Shown here one piece after another: positions 27,923-37,337 of a stretch of DNA of 64,000 nucleotides. The notes under the pieces are model-generated. The model was not told the origin of the DNA, did no database searches, and worked only from the letters and a program-made list of their open reading frames with translations. Source of the stretch: Candidatus Doudnabacteria bacterium (lineage in GTDB: Bacteria; Patescibacteriota; Doudnabacteria; UBA920; 2-01-FULL-46-14); contig JBGQGB010000001.1 of assembly GCA_041497195.1 (NCBI GenBank), forward strand, positions 213,504-277,503. The letters are read 5' to 3'. The translations under genes and the position numbers were made by a program. Each line of letters opens with the position of its first letter. Position 1 is the first letter of the stretch.

Positions 27923-28666
27923 TCAGCGAACTTTGCGTCCGATAATTATGACCGATGACCCGATCGGAAAACTTAAAAATCTCAAGAGCCGAGATTCAAT
28001 TTTAGAAAAAAACACGAACATTTTGTTGAGTACCTCCGGTAATTCCACGTAGCTGAATTGGGGATGAAATCGTTTTTCTTGAAAATGCCCGACCGCTCGA
28101 TAAAAAAATACGAGAGGAAATACGAAAAAGAAAATGTAACTTGATTTGACGGTCACAAACCCAGCTTCCGCCAATTTGGCTTCCAAGTCTTTTCTTCGAT
28201 AACGCCTCACATGATGCACCGCGTCGTCGAGCTCACTCCACAAAAACTTGAACGCCGGCACGCTTAGCAAAACATATCCACTCAGTTTCAGAATTCGATT
28301 AATCTCCTGCAGCGCCTTCTTGTCGTCTTCAAAATGCTCCAAGACATCAAACATGGTTACCAGATCGGCTGATTTGTCAGGCAAGCCAGTTTCGTAAAAT
28401 CCCTTCATCAGAGCGACAGTGTCCAAACCCTTGCTGCGACAAAAATCCAAGGCGCGGGGTTCTATATCTAAACCGAGGACTTTTCCGTGTTTTCGCAACA
28501 TTACAAAATTTCCCCCCGTCCCGCAACCAATATCTACGATTTTGCTACTCTGCGCCGGCTGATGAAAAAAACGCTCCAACAGCTTATCAAAAATATAACG
28601 ACGCCCCAGATACCACCAATACCGATTTTCAAGCTCATCAGTCTTATCGTAGGCCTCTTGCCGCAT
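27923..28666 (-). CDS. class I SAM-dependent methyltransferase
   Basis: IVDIGCGTGGN. The start is moved to the Met that overlaps the upstream stop by 1 nt (TAATG). Confidence 0.65.
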   Translation of the reverse strand: MRQEAYDKTDELENRYWWYLGRRYIFDKLLERFFHQPAQSSKIVDIGCGTGGNFVMLRKHGKVLGLDIEPRALDFCRSKGLDTVALMKGFYETGLPDKSADLVTMFDVLEHFEDDKKALQEINRILKLSGYVLLSVPAFKFLWSELDDAVHHVRRYRRKDLEAKLAEAGFVTVKSSYIFFFVFPLVFFYRAVGHFQEKRFHPQFSYVELPEVLNKMFVFFSKIESRLLRFLSFPIGSSVIIIGRKVR

Positions 28667-29919
28667 TACAAAATCCTTTCTGACCCGATGGGGACGATGA
28701 ATTTGCCTCCGTTCTGGCGAAAGTTTTGTTCTTTTTCCAGCACAACGTTTTTGTAATTCCAAGCCAACAGAAAAGCATAATCCGTGTGATCTTTCCGAAA
28801 TTCGGACACATGGACTACGGGAACGTGCGTTCCCGGGGTATAGAGACCGATTTTCGAAGGAAGCTCCTCAGTAGAATAATCAAGAATATCTATCCCGATA
28901 CCGAAATAATTCAAGAGGGTGTTCCCTTTTGCCGGCGCGCCATAACCAACTATTTTTTTCCCCTGTTTTTTAAGGTCCCGTAACAGACTCACAACTTCAG
29001 CTTTTAATTCTGCAATACGGCGAGCTAGGTCTGTGTATGAGTCCAACTGGTTCAGTTTTAATTTCAGCTCTTTCGCGACTAGATTTTGCACCGAGGGCAT
29101 TATTGGTCTGGCTCCGTGTTTGCAAGCAAAAACTCGAATGGAATTGCCCTGTATTGGGTGAATCTCCACGTCAAAAATGTCCATATCATGTTGAGCAAAA
29201 AGTCGCAATAAGGGACGGGCTGCCAAATACGACAAATGTTCGTGATAAATCGTATCGAACGAAAGGTTTTCAAACATGTCCAAAAGATACGGCGCCTCGA
29301 ACACAAACACCCCGTCATCCGTCAACAATTCCCTGACGCCCTTCGCCAGATCGTGATGATTGTTGATATGCGCGACCACATTGTTGCCAACAATCACTTT
29401 TGCCCGACCCTGCTTGGTGGCGATGTGTTTGGCAATTTTTTCGGAAAAAAAATCAGGCAAGGTCGGAATCCCCCGCTTGTTGGCGCTTTCGGCGATATTC
29501 TTCGCTGGATCAATCCCCAGAATCCGGCATCCTGATTCTTTCACCACCGCCAGGAAATGACCGTCATTACTGCCAATTTCAACGGCCAAGTCATCTTTTG
29601 ACCCAATAAATTTCTGTACTATCGACTCCGCATAATCGCGAAAATGTTTCGAGGCTGGCATTCCTGAAGAAAAGTATAAATAATCACGAAACATGATCTT
29701 TGGATCGACTACGTCCCGGAGTTGCACTAGTCCGCAATCGTTGCAAAATACCACCCTCAGTGGATAAACAGGCTCTGGGGTACTGAGCTGGTCGGCGCGC
29801 AAAAAGGAATTTGCCAGAGGCTGCTCTCCCAGATCTAAAAATTGGACTAAAGAAGCATTGCCGCAAATGCGACAGCTAGATATTTGCCTAACTCCAGCGG
29901 CCATTCGATTGTCTTTCAT
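28666..29919 (-). CDS. NDP-hexose C-methyltransferase (TylCIII/EvaC family: zinc-ribbon plus class I MTase plus C-terminal C-MT domain)
   Basis: N-terminal CRICGN...FCNDCGLVQL zinc ribbon, EIGSNDG SAM motif, 417 aa. Confidence 0.7.
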   Translation of the reverse strand: MKDNRMAAGVRQISSCRICGNASLVQFLDLGEQPLANSFLRADQLSTPEPVYPLRVVFCNDCGLVQLRDVVDPKIMFRDYLYFSSGMPASKHFRDYAESIVQKFIGSKDDLAVEIGSNDGHFLAVVKESGCRILGIDPAKNIAESANKRGIPTLPDFFSEKIAKHIATKQGRAKVIVGNNVVAHINNHHDLAKGVRELLTDDGVFVFEAPYLLDMFENLSFDTIYHEHLSYLAARPLLRLFAQHDMDIFDVEIHPIQGNSIRVFACKHGARPIMPSVQNLVAKELKLKLNQLDSYTDLARRIAELKAEVVSLLRDLKKQGKKIVGYGAPAKGNTLLNYFGIGIDILDYSTEELPSKIGLYTPGTHVPVVHVSEFRKDHTDYAFLLAWNYKNVVLEKEQNFRQNGGKFIVPIGSERIL

Positions 29920-30952
29920 AGTGATCCAAAAAACCAGGTTTCAGGCGGATATTCTTCCACCAAGACTCATTCGCAACATACCAATTTACAACCTCCTCGA
30001 TGGCATTTTGAAAACTATGAATGCGCGACCAACCCAACTCTTTCTGAAGCTTGGAGGAATCGGGAGCATAGCGATTATCAGCTCCCGGCCGATCATTCAC
30101 GTGATGCCTATGCTCTTCCGGATTTTTTTGCAAATGTTTGGCCAGCGCAGCAATAACGGCCAAATTGGATAACTCTTCGCCGGCGACATTATAAACTGAA
30201 TGATTGGAAGCTTGCTGAATGATCAGATCAATGGCTCGACAAAAATCCTGCACATGCAACCAGCTGCGGATATGGCGGCCATCGCCGTGAATGGGAACTT
30301 TTTTGCCTTCGAGCATGTTCGTGACGGCTAGTGGAATCAGCTTTTCCGGATACTGATACGGGCCGTAATTATTGGAGCCGCGAACGATGATGGCGGGCAG
30401 ATTATGAGTCCGCATATAAGCTTGAACCATCAGGTCAGCCCCGGCTTTCGAAGCAGAATAGGGATTGGAAGGCCTAAGCGGCGCTTCCTCAGACGCGTAG
30501 CCTTCGCTCATCGAGCCGTAAACCTCGTCGGTGGAAACATGGATAAACCGCGGAACGCCGTATTTTCTCGCCGCCTCGATCAAGCAACGGGTACCGTCGA
30601 TATTGGTGCGAATAAAATGGATCACGTTGAAGATCGCCCGGTCGACGTGTGACTCGGCGGCAAAATGCACGATCAGATCAAATTTATGTTCGGAAAAAAT
30701 TTGGTCCAAAAGAGACTCGTTGCAGATATCGCCTTGAATAAATTCATACCTGCCGTCTTTCGGCTCCAGCTGAGCCTCCCGAAATTCGATGTCCTTGAGA
30801 TTGTCGGGATTTCCGGCATAGGTCAACAAATCGAGGTTGGTGATTCGCGCATGCGGATAAGTATGATAGAAATAACGAATAAAATTCGAGCCGATAAAGC
30901 CCGAACCACCAGTAATCAAAACTTTATGAAACCGCTGACTGGCACCGTTCAT
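29888..30952 (-). CDS. rfbB: dTDP-glucose 4,6-dehydratase
   Basis: VLITGGSGFIGSNF, YSASKAGAD (YxxxK), extended SDR, 354 aa. Confidence 0.8.
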   Translation of the reverse strand: MNGASQRFHKVLITGGSGFIGSNFIRYFYHTYPHARITNLDLLTYAGNPDNLKDIEFREAQLEPKDGRYEFIQGDICNESLLDQIFSEHKFDLIVHFAAESHVDRAIFNVIHFIRTNIDGTRCLIEAARKYGVPRFIHVSTDEVYGSMSEGYASEEAPLRPSNPYSASKAGADLMVQAYMRTHNLPAIIVRGSNNYGPYQYPEKLIPLAVTNMLEGKKVPIHGDGRHIRSWLHVQDFCRAIDLIIQQASNHSVYNVAGEELSNLAVIAALAKHLQKNPEEHRHHVNDRPGADNRYAPDSSKLQKELGWSRIHSFQNAIEEVVNWYVANESWWKNIRLKPGFLDHYERQSNGRWS

Positions 30953-31683
30953 TTCTGAGAATACAATCCCTTCTTATTTCTGATTAAAATTTTGAACATC
31001 CCGATGATGGAACGCCATGATTCCCAAAGCGGCCTGACTTGCGAACCGCGATAATCCGTCCAATTGACAGGTAGTTCTTGAAACTTCCAGCCGCGTTTCT
31101 CCCCCGCATAGACTATTTCCGCCTCGGCCAAAAAACTATTGTCGAACTGGTGGTTAAAAATATCCAAAGCCGCCTCACGCCGAAACATTTTGAAACCATT
31201 TACCCGATCGATCATCCGCCAGCCGAACATAATATGAGCCAAAAGCACGAAACCCCAGCCGAGCGCGATGCGGTGAAGGGGCTGGGGCGAGAGCACGCGC
31301 GCCCCTTTGATGTTGCGGCTGCCAATCAATACTTGTACTTCGGGGTGCGATGCGAAATATTTCAAAAAATCAATTATCGCCTCTTCCCCCACACTGCCAT
31401 CCGCGTCGGTTTCCAAAACAAACTTGCCGTTGCTGGCAAAAACCGCATCGCGCACGACGGCACCGCGACCGCGGTTTTTCGGGAAAGACAGAAGCCGCAG
31501 CTTGGGATACATTTCCGCATATTGTTTCACTGCGGCAACCGTCCCATCCGTACTGCCGTCATCCGCCACAATGACCTCATAATCACCGTGGTAGTGCACG
31601 TAAAAATAATCGAAAAGGCGCTTCAGGGTCCCAGGCAAGCGCTCTTGCTCGTTGTAAGCCGGAATGATTACTGACAGTTCCAC
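30949..31683 (-). CDS. GT2 polyprenol-phosphate glycosyltransferase (DPM1/GtrB-like, soluble form)
   Basis: LSVIIPAYNE, ADDGSTDGT, ETDADGS (DxD). Confidence 0.75.
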   Translation of the reverse strand: MELSVIIPAYNEQERLPGTLKRLFDYFYVHYHGDYEVIVADDGSTDGTVAAVKQYAEMYPKLRLLSFPKNRGRGAVVRDAVFASNGKFVLETDADGSVGEEAIIDFLKYFASHPEVQVLIGSRNIKGARVLSPQPLHRIALGWGFVLLAHIMFGWRMIDRVNGFKMFRREAALDIFNHQFDNSFLAEAEIVYAGEKRGWKFQELPVNWTDYRGSQVRPLWESWRSIIGMFKILIRNKKGLYSQK

Positions 31684-31752
31684 GTGATTAAATACACAGT
31701 TAAAAAGTCCACTTCAGTATAACAAAAAAATGCCCTTATTTCAAGCATTTTC

Positions 31753-32640
31753 TTAGCCGAGGCGTCTGTAAATTTTCTCCAAATTTCTGGTCACCCGGAG
31801 GCCATGTGCGATCCCGGTAATCGGTGTCTCGCCAGTTTGCACAGATCTGATAAAATGTTCAAGCTCGCTACGCAGGGGTTCGGTATCCAGCACTGTCGGC
31901 AGCGCAACAACGCTGCCTTTTACCGCCATTTGCAACTGGGTTTGACCCTCGATTTCGGTAAATGTCGCGACTCCGTTCTCGGCTGCAAATGTCATGCGGC
32001 GGGTCTTTTGCGGCGCAACGCTCGAAACCGCAAACGCCAACTGCACTCTCCCCTCAAACTCGACCATGGTCTGCGCGAAATCATCAAACTTCTCCTGCGT
32101 GATTTTCAAAATACTTCCCTGGGCCGTCGCCACCTCTGGACCGTCGCAAAGCCAATCAATGATGGATAGAGCATGCGGAGCTGCGTCCCAAAACGCGCCC
32201 ACGTCTTCCCGCACCGGGCCGGGGTAGAAATGTTCATATGAAATAAACCGAACTCGACCGAGCCGGCCACTGGTTATTTCATTTTTCAGCAGCTGAAGAT
32301 GCGCGTTGTAAACATACTGGTGTCCGACCATCATGACGACAGGACTCTTGTCGAGTAAATTTTTGATCACTTCCGCCTGCGCCACACTCAGAACCATGGG
32401 TTTTTCCACCAGCACATGCTTGCCGGCTTCGATGCCTCGACGCAAATAATCAAAATGCGTCGCGGCCGGAGTGGCAATCACAACGCAGTCAATTTCTCGG
32501 TCCCGTAAAACCGCATCTGGATCGCCGGACGACCGACTGACTACGGTTTTGAGCACCGCGCCCGGAAGACTCTGCAATATCCTCACGTAATGCTGCCCGA
32601 AGCGACCAGTACCGATCACAGCAAATCTCAGTGCAGCCAT
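31753..32640 (-). CDS. Gfo/Idh/MocA-family NAD(P)-dependent sugar oxidoreductase
   Basis: RFAVIGTGRFG Rossmann motif and an EKP motif (VLVEKP). The start is taken at the internal Met to avoid overlap with the cupin gene. Confidence 0.7.
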   Translation of the reverse strand: MAALRFAVIGTGRFGQHYVRILQSLPGAVLKTVVSRSSGDPDAVLRDREIDCVVIATPAATHFDYLRRGIEAGKHVLVEKPMVLSVAQAEVIKNLLDKSPVVMMVGHQYVYNAHLQLLKNEITSGRLGRVRFISYEHFYPGPVREDVGAFWDAAPHALSIIDWLCDGPEVATAQGSILKITQEKFDDFAQTMVEFEGRVQLAFAVSSVAPQKTRRMTFAAENGVATFTEIEGQTQLQMAVKGSVVALPTVLDTEPLRSELEHFIRSVQTGETPITGIAHGLRVTRNLEKIYRRLG

Positions 32641-32645
32641 GTTCT

Positions 32646-33023
32646 TTAGATTAATTTGACCCGAATCGTATCGTCTTCGTAATGTGCCTGATTGCGCGGC
32701 TGGGTCGAGAAAGTCCAAAATACGGTGTCTTCAAGAAATTTGACAGCGTGGATCGTCAGCGGCGGCGTGCAAACCATGTCACCGGCATTCAAAATTTCTT
32801 TTTCAATTTCTCCTCCAGACGCCGGTTTTTCGTACCATTCGGCTTTACCGGAGACGATATAGCACCAGTGCTGATCTTTTTTGTGATAATGATTGGAGCG
32901 GACTGAGCCAGTTTTGGATGTGATATAAAGGATGCTGTGAATCGGCTCCTCCGTATCCAAAACCCGCATGATGACTCCCCGCTCCTCGATGATTTCCGGC
33001 TTGATGTTTCTGGTAATATTCAT
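32646..33023 (-). CDS. cupin-fold protein (WxcM/FdtA-like sugar ketoisomerase candidate)
   Basis: 125 aa, HYHKKDQHW ... cupin motifs. Lies next to an oxidoreductase. Confidence 0.4.
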   Translation of the reverse strand: MNITRNIKPEIIEERGVIMRVLDTEEPIHSILYITSKTGSVRSNHYHKKDQHWCYIVSGKAEWYEKPASGGEIEKEILNAGDMVCTPPLTIHAVKFLEDTVFWTFSTQPRNQAHYEDDTIRVKLI

Positions 33024-33159
33024 GGATTGTGCAAAAATTTTAAACGCGAATGCTCATTCAGCATAACAAAAAAAAAGTCTTCCCGCAACTATTTATTACG
33101 GTTGACACTCCTGGTTTTTTCAAATACACTGAGATATTGTAAAACGAGAAGGAGAAACT

Positions 33160-33810
33160 ATGAACCCTCATGGGTGGAACTCACTAAACTTGTTTCGCGC
33201 TCAAACTTTGGCTCTGAGCGACGGGCCGCCAAAACCTGTGGATGCAATTTTTCTCCACACTCGAGCCAAGGGCGACGATGACCAACTTTTTGAAATTGCC
33301 GCTAAAGCGCTCCGAACTGGACTCGCTCGCTACGTGATTACTAACGGTTCTGACGGGCAGTCCCACCGGCGTGGGCCAGGCAGTGGTTGGGCCGGAAAAG
33401 ACGCATGGGTGAAAGCCCTGCGGAAGCTTGGTATTCGCGAAACAGCAATTTTGCTCTGCCAGCCCGCTCTCGACACGCGGGAAGAAAACACTCAATTTTT
33501 AGAAACGGCCGTAAGTCACGGATTCAAACGAGTCGCAATTCTGGCACAACCTCACCAGGTGCTCCGCGCCATGCTCGGACTGTTGAAAGAAATGGATTTG
33601 CAGAAGCATTACTTGCAAGTTTACGTGATGACGCCTCAGTCCTGCCCGTGGTGGCGCAAGGTCTACGGCTCCCAAGGGCTTCATTTGAAACCCCGGTTTG
33701 AGCATATAGAGGACGAAGCTTCTCGCATCGAAAAATATGCTACAAAAGGAGATCTAGCTACTCCCAGTGAATACTTCGCGTACCTGAAACACCGCGACCA
33801 GGTGAAATAA
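33160..33810 (+). CDS. DUF218 (YdcF/ElyC/SanA-like) domain protein, GC-rich
   Basis: Core pattern ...YVITNGSDG...ALDTREENTQFL...VAILAQPHQVLRA resembles the DUF218 fold. Confidence 0.45.
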   Translation: MNPHGWNSLNLFRAQTLALSDGPPKPVDAIFLHTRAKGDDDQLFEIAAKALRTGLARYVITNGSDGQSHRRGPGSGWAGKDAWVKALRKLGIRETAILLCQPALDTREENTQFLETAVSHGFKRVAILAQPHQVLRAMLGLLKEMDLQKHYLQVYVMTPQSCPWWRKVYGSQGLHLKPRFEHIEDEASRIEKYATKGDLATPSEYFAYLKHRDQVK

Positions 33811-33828
33811 AGTGAACCAGCCTGCAGA

Positions 33829-33865
33829 GCTGCTTAGGATCAAGTGGTCCTAAGCAGCTTTTTTT
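33829..33865 (+). terminator. rho-independent terminator
   Basis: Perfect 11-bp stem GCTGCTTAGGA/TCCTAAGCAGC with an 8-nt loop, followed by TTTTTTT. Confidence 0.65.
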
Positions 33866-33887
33866 ATTTCCTGCTACTTTTGAGGGG

Positions 33888-33916
33888 TTGACAGAACGCC
33901 AAAATCCTGCTAAAAT
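33888..33916 (+). promoter_or_regulatory. consensus sigma70 promoter (-35 TTGACA, 17-nt spacer, -10 TAAAAT)
   Basis: Near-perfect hexamers about 55 nt upstream of the AGGAGG/ATG of the gene at 33973. Confidence 0.6.
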
Positions 33917-33972
33917 CCATTTTCAAATAAAAATCAAGATCGCACTTTTTGCAACGCCCATTAGGAGGGAAC

Positions 33973-34557
33973 ATGAAAAAACTAAGGGGAAGTTTGCTAC
34001 AGGAGATTAAGGCTCATCGGCTCATTCGGCCTGGCCGGCTAAACTGGACCAACCTCGAAATTGCAATCGCCGTGTCTATTCTCAAAAAGTTCGCCACGTG
34101 TCGCCAAAATGGATGGATCGTTCCCTTCGCGGTATTTGAGGCTCACGCTGAAGGCACGAAACTGGTGAACTCTGATGTGGCAATTATTGACCCTCGCGGC
34201 CGGATCTACCTAATAGAACGCGGGGCCAAAGAGCTATGGGCTGGCCAACTGCATTTGCCGGGGTGCACGCATGCCTACGAAACCCTCAAACAGGCCACGC
34301 AACGGCTCCTCGACAACGAACTCAAACTCTTTAGGCTCAAGCTGGCTGATCTGTGTCACATCGGCGAGCCTCTCGAAATGCAGGATCTACCAAGAGGCCC
34401 GATCCAATCCAACCTGTTCATTGCACGTATCGAAAGGATTCCCCAAGGAATCAAGGGTCGCTTCTATGCAGCAAAAGAAATTCTGTGGAAGCGACTGGTG
34501 GTCTCCCACCGGAAGGTCTCTCTTCCGTGGTTAATAAACCACCACTACCTCAAATAG
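33973..34557 (+). CDS. hypothetical protein (194 aa), possibly a divergent Nudix-like fold
   Basis: AGGAGG SD 7 nt upstream of the ATG. The ORF-track start is a TTG inside the SD region. Confidence 0.4.
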   Translation: MKKLRGSLLQEIKAHRLIRPGRLNWTNLEIAIAVSILKKFATCRQNGWIVPFAVFEAHAEGTKLVNSDVAIIDPRGRIYLIERGAKELWAGQLHLPGCTHAYETLKQATQRLLDNELKLFRLKLADLCHIGEPLEMQDLPRGPIQSNLFIARIERIPQGIKGRFYAAKEILWKRLVVSHRKVSLPWLINHHYLK

Positions 34558-34680
34558 GGTTTCCTCTATCCTCTATTTACCCGGCGACTGCTTCATTTCT
34601 GGCGGTCGTCGTTTTTTTTGCGCCGATTTTTGCGAAACTGGGAATAAATAAATTCGTTCCGTTTTACAGTTCCGCAGTAT

Positions 34681-36711
34681 TCAAAAACCTTTTAAACGAT
34701 AAATCTTCAGGGTGTTCAGGGTTTTTTCCAACTCGTAGTGTTGTTTTGCAAAATTCTCAAGATCAGCTATCCGGACGTCATAATTTTTGTAAAGAAAAAC
34801 GTGTTCGGGCTGCGAAGCAGCTAATTGTTCCGTCAGCGCTTTGACCTGGCTATGAAAGACGATTTGATAGTCATCATACACGCGGTATAACTTCTGGCCG
34901 TTTTGGGTACTATAGAAAAAATTTATCTTCCCCGCCATCAGCAGCAACTTTCCGTCGTCAGGATGGAATAGCGGTATGGCTTCTTCTGAGTAATGCTCCT
35001 TGATATATCGGGCATCTTCGTAAATCTGCTGGTCCTTTGGCGCGATTGCGGTCAAGCTTATTTTGGAATAATCGCGATAAGCAAACACTACCGGCAATTT
35101 GGCCAAGCTTAGTGTGGCAAAAAAAGCGAGAAACGCGCCCAGAGCTGCCGACATGAACCGTTTCCAAGTTTTTTGATCGGAAAACGCAAAATAGCGGTAA
35201 AACGCGGACCACAACAAAAGCAGCATGGACAAAGACGTTGCATTCAAATAACTCCAGGCAGAATTACCGACATAATAAGTCAAAGCAAAAATGCCGTAAA
35301 CGGTGAAAAAAACGGTAAGTAAATGTTCGGGGCGCCGGCGCCACAACCCCGTCGCTATCCAAACGGCAAAGCCCGAATAGACCAGCACGAAGATTTCAAA
35401 CAGGCCGACTTTCGGCATCGGGAGCTTGCCAAACCCCTGCTCAAATCCGGTCAAAACCAACCAGACGAATCTCCATTTCGGCCACTGATGATAGAGGAGC
35501 CGATTGAGGCCGCCAATCACCCCAAAAACTATGGCGATATAGCCCGCCTGTTCCAAACCGGCAATCAGTATTTTTCGAAGTTTCGGCCAAAACCGGGCGA
35601 CGCGAATGTGAACGTCATAGCCCAAGGTGGCAAACACTGCGATATTGACATAAATTCCCGTATCAACGTTCCAAAATAAAGCCAAAGCCGAGAAAAAAAG
35701 AAGCAATTGTCTCTTTCCTGTACTGGGAAATTTAACGTACCGGGAGATCAGCCAAGCTAATACTATGTAAAACCCCTGCCGGTATACCGTCTGGCCGGGA
35801 AAATCATACGGCGTGAGATAAGGATCAGTAAGGAGGAAAAAATTCACGACAACCGCGAGCCATGTCCCCACCAGAGCGAACAGATCTGAATTCATCCAGT
35901 TTTTCAAGGTCCGGTAAACCAAAACGAAAAAGGTAAAATACAATACCATCAGGATTACCGAGAAAGCCTGGTACGATATCGGCAGCAGAAATTTCATGAT
36001 TGCGGCCACCAAATAAGTGTTCAAGATCCCATAGATACCGACGGTTTCATACAGCAGGGGTTGGCCCCGCAGCATCAGATCGACGGGAGAGACTACCATG
36101 TTCGTATATCCTTCGGCAGAAGGAAAATTGGGATGAAAAACGATCAGGGCTAGAAAGACAAAAAAATAAGGGACAATTTTTTTCAGGCGCGGAGACTGGT
36201 TGAGGGTCTGTAACCAGAGGGTTTTACTTTGCCGCCAAAACACGACCGAAAATGCAAAAATTGCGGCCAAAAAGGATAGCCGGACGATGTAAATCCTTTT
36301 GGTGAACAAAAGCCAAGCCAAGTGCCAGAGGCTTCTTCTCTGAAAATATCCCGTCGCAAAAGCCCAGCTTGGAAGATGGACGCGAAAAACCAGCCTCGAC
36401 GCATAAACAATACCCGCCAGGACCGCAGTTCCGGCAACATACTGGAAAACTTTCGAATTGCGCAGAGAATAAAAAACCAAGGCCAGAAGCGGGATGACCG
36501 CATAGCTGAGAAAATAAAGGGGAATTTCGAACGGTTCGGGCAAGATGGGAAATCCCGGATAGGCGTCAACCATTTCAAAATTCCAAAACGTGAAGTGGTT
36601 CTGAAACACCCGGGACGCAATAAAATAGATTAGTACGCTTGGTACCAGCCACAGCGCGTAACTGGCGAAATCGAATGTTTTGAATGATTCGAAAAATTTT
36701 ATGGACTTCAT
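34681..36711 (-). CDS. large polytopic membrane protein (676 aa), GT-C-like candidate; paralog of 19559-21589
   Basis: Same length and shared blocks with the first copy. At least 12 TM helices. Confidence 0.45.
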   Translation of the reverse strand: MKSIKFFESFKTFDFASYALWLVPSVLIYFIASRVFQNHFTFWNFEMVDAYPGFPILPEPFEIPLYFLSYAVIPLLALVFYSLRNSKVFQYVAGTAVLAGIVYASRLVFRVHLPSWAFATGYFQRRSLWHLAWLLFTKRIYIVRLSFLAAIFAFSVVFWRQSKTLWLQTLNQSPRLKKIVPYFFVFLALIVFHPNFPSAEGYTNMVVSPVDLMLRGQPLLYETVGIYGILNTYLVAAIMKFLLPISYQAFSVILMVLYFTFFVLVYRTLKNWMNSDLFALVGTWLAVVVNFFLLTDPYLTPYDFPGQTVYRQGFYIVLAWLISRYVKFPSTGKRQLLLFFSALALFWNVDTGIYVNIAVFATLGYDVHIRVARFWPKLRKILIAGLEQAGYIAIVFGVIGGLNRLLYHQWPKWRFVWLVLTGFEQGFGKLPMPKVGLFEIFVLVYSGFAVWIATGLWRRRPEHLLTVFFTVYGIFALTYYVGNSAWSYLNATSLSMLLLLWSAFYRYFAFSDQKTWKRFMSAALGAFLAFFATLSLAKLPVVFAYRDYSKISLTAIAPKDQQIYEDARYIKEHYSEEAIPLFHPDDGKLLLMAGKINFFYSTQNGQKLYRVYDDYQIVFHSQVKALTEQLAASQPEHVFLYKNYDVRIADLENFAKQHYELEKTLNTLKIYRLKGF

Positions 36712-37334
36712 AAATCACCGCTATTTTTAGTCGGTTCTTGTCTTTTAAGCCTGGCCAAAACCGCTACCGCTTCTGTAGAAAACTTCTTTCCTTGTTTCAC
36801 TTTAAGGATATCGAAATATTCCCTAATCAAACCTAGGTGTTTGTTTAGAGGGCGAATAAATTTGCCCCGATCATGGGAAGTCAAAAATCTCCCGATGTAA
36901 TTGTCCGGGCTTTGCTCAATTGGATCAAACGCAACGAGATATCCGGAAGTACGTTTAGCTAAACTGGCTAGCAGATCACGGGCATCGGGATCGGAAATGT
37001 GATGAAGTAAATCAACTAGCAGGGCGATCTCAAAAGTTCGTCCCTGTAAATCTGCATCCTGAAGCTTCACACATTGGAATTTCTTCTTTTCAGTCCCGTA
37101 ATGTTTGCTCGCGTATTCAATATACCGGCAATCCATGTCAATACCCAAATATTCTCCATCGGTCAGAGCGGAATGTTGTCCCGTCCCGCAGCCCACGTCA
37201 AGCATCGACACCGAACGATCAATATCGAACTCTCTAACTATTGCGTCTACGCCCCTATAACTGCCGAAGCATAAATCCAAAAGTTTGCGGAAAAAATTCC
37301 AAACATAGACGTTGTCAAGTACATGCATTGGCAA
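36708..37334 (-). CDS. class I SAM-dependent methyltransferase
   Basis: MLDVGCGTGQHS. Shares an ATGA overlap with the downstream paralogous membrane protein. Confidence 0.65.
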   Translation of the reverse strand: MPMHVLDNVYVWNFFRKLLDLCFGSYRGVDAIVREFDIDRSVSMLDVGCGTGQHSALTDGEYLGIDMDCRYIEYASKHYGTEKKKFQCVKLQDADLQGRTFEIALLVDLLHHISDPDARDLLASLAKRTSGYLVAFDPIEQSPDNYIGRFLTSHDRGKFIRPLNKHLGLIREYFDILKVKQGKKFSTEAVAVLARLKRQEPTKNSGDL

Positions 37335-37337
37335 AGT

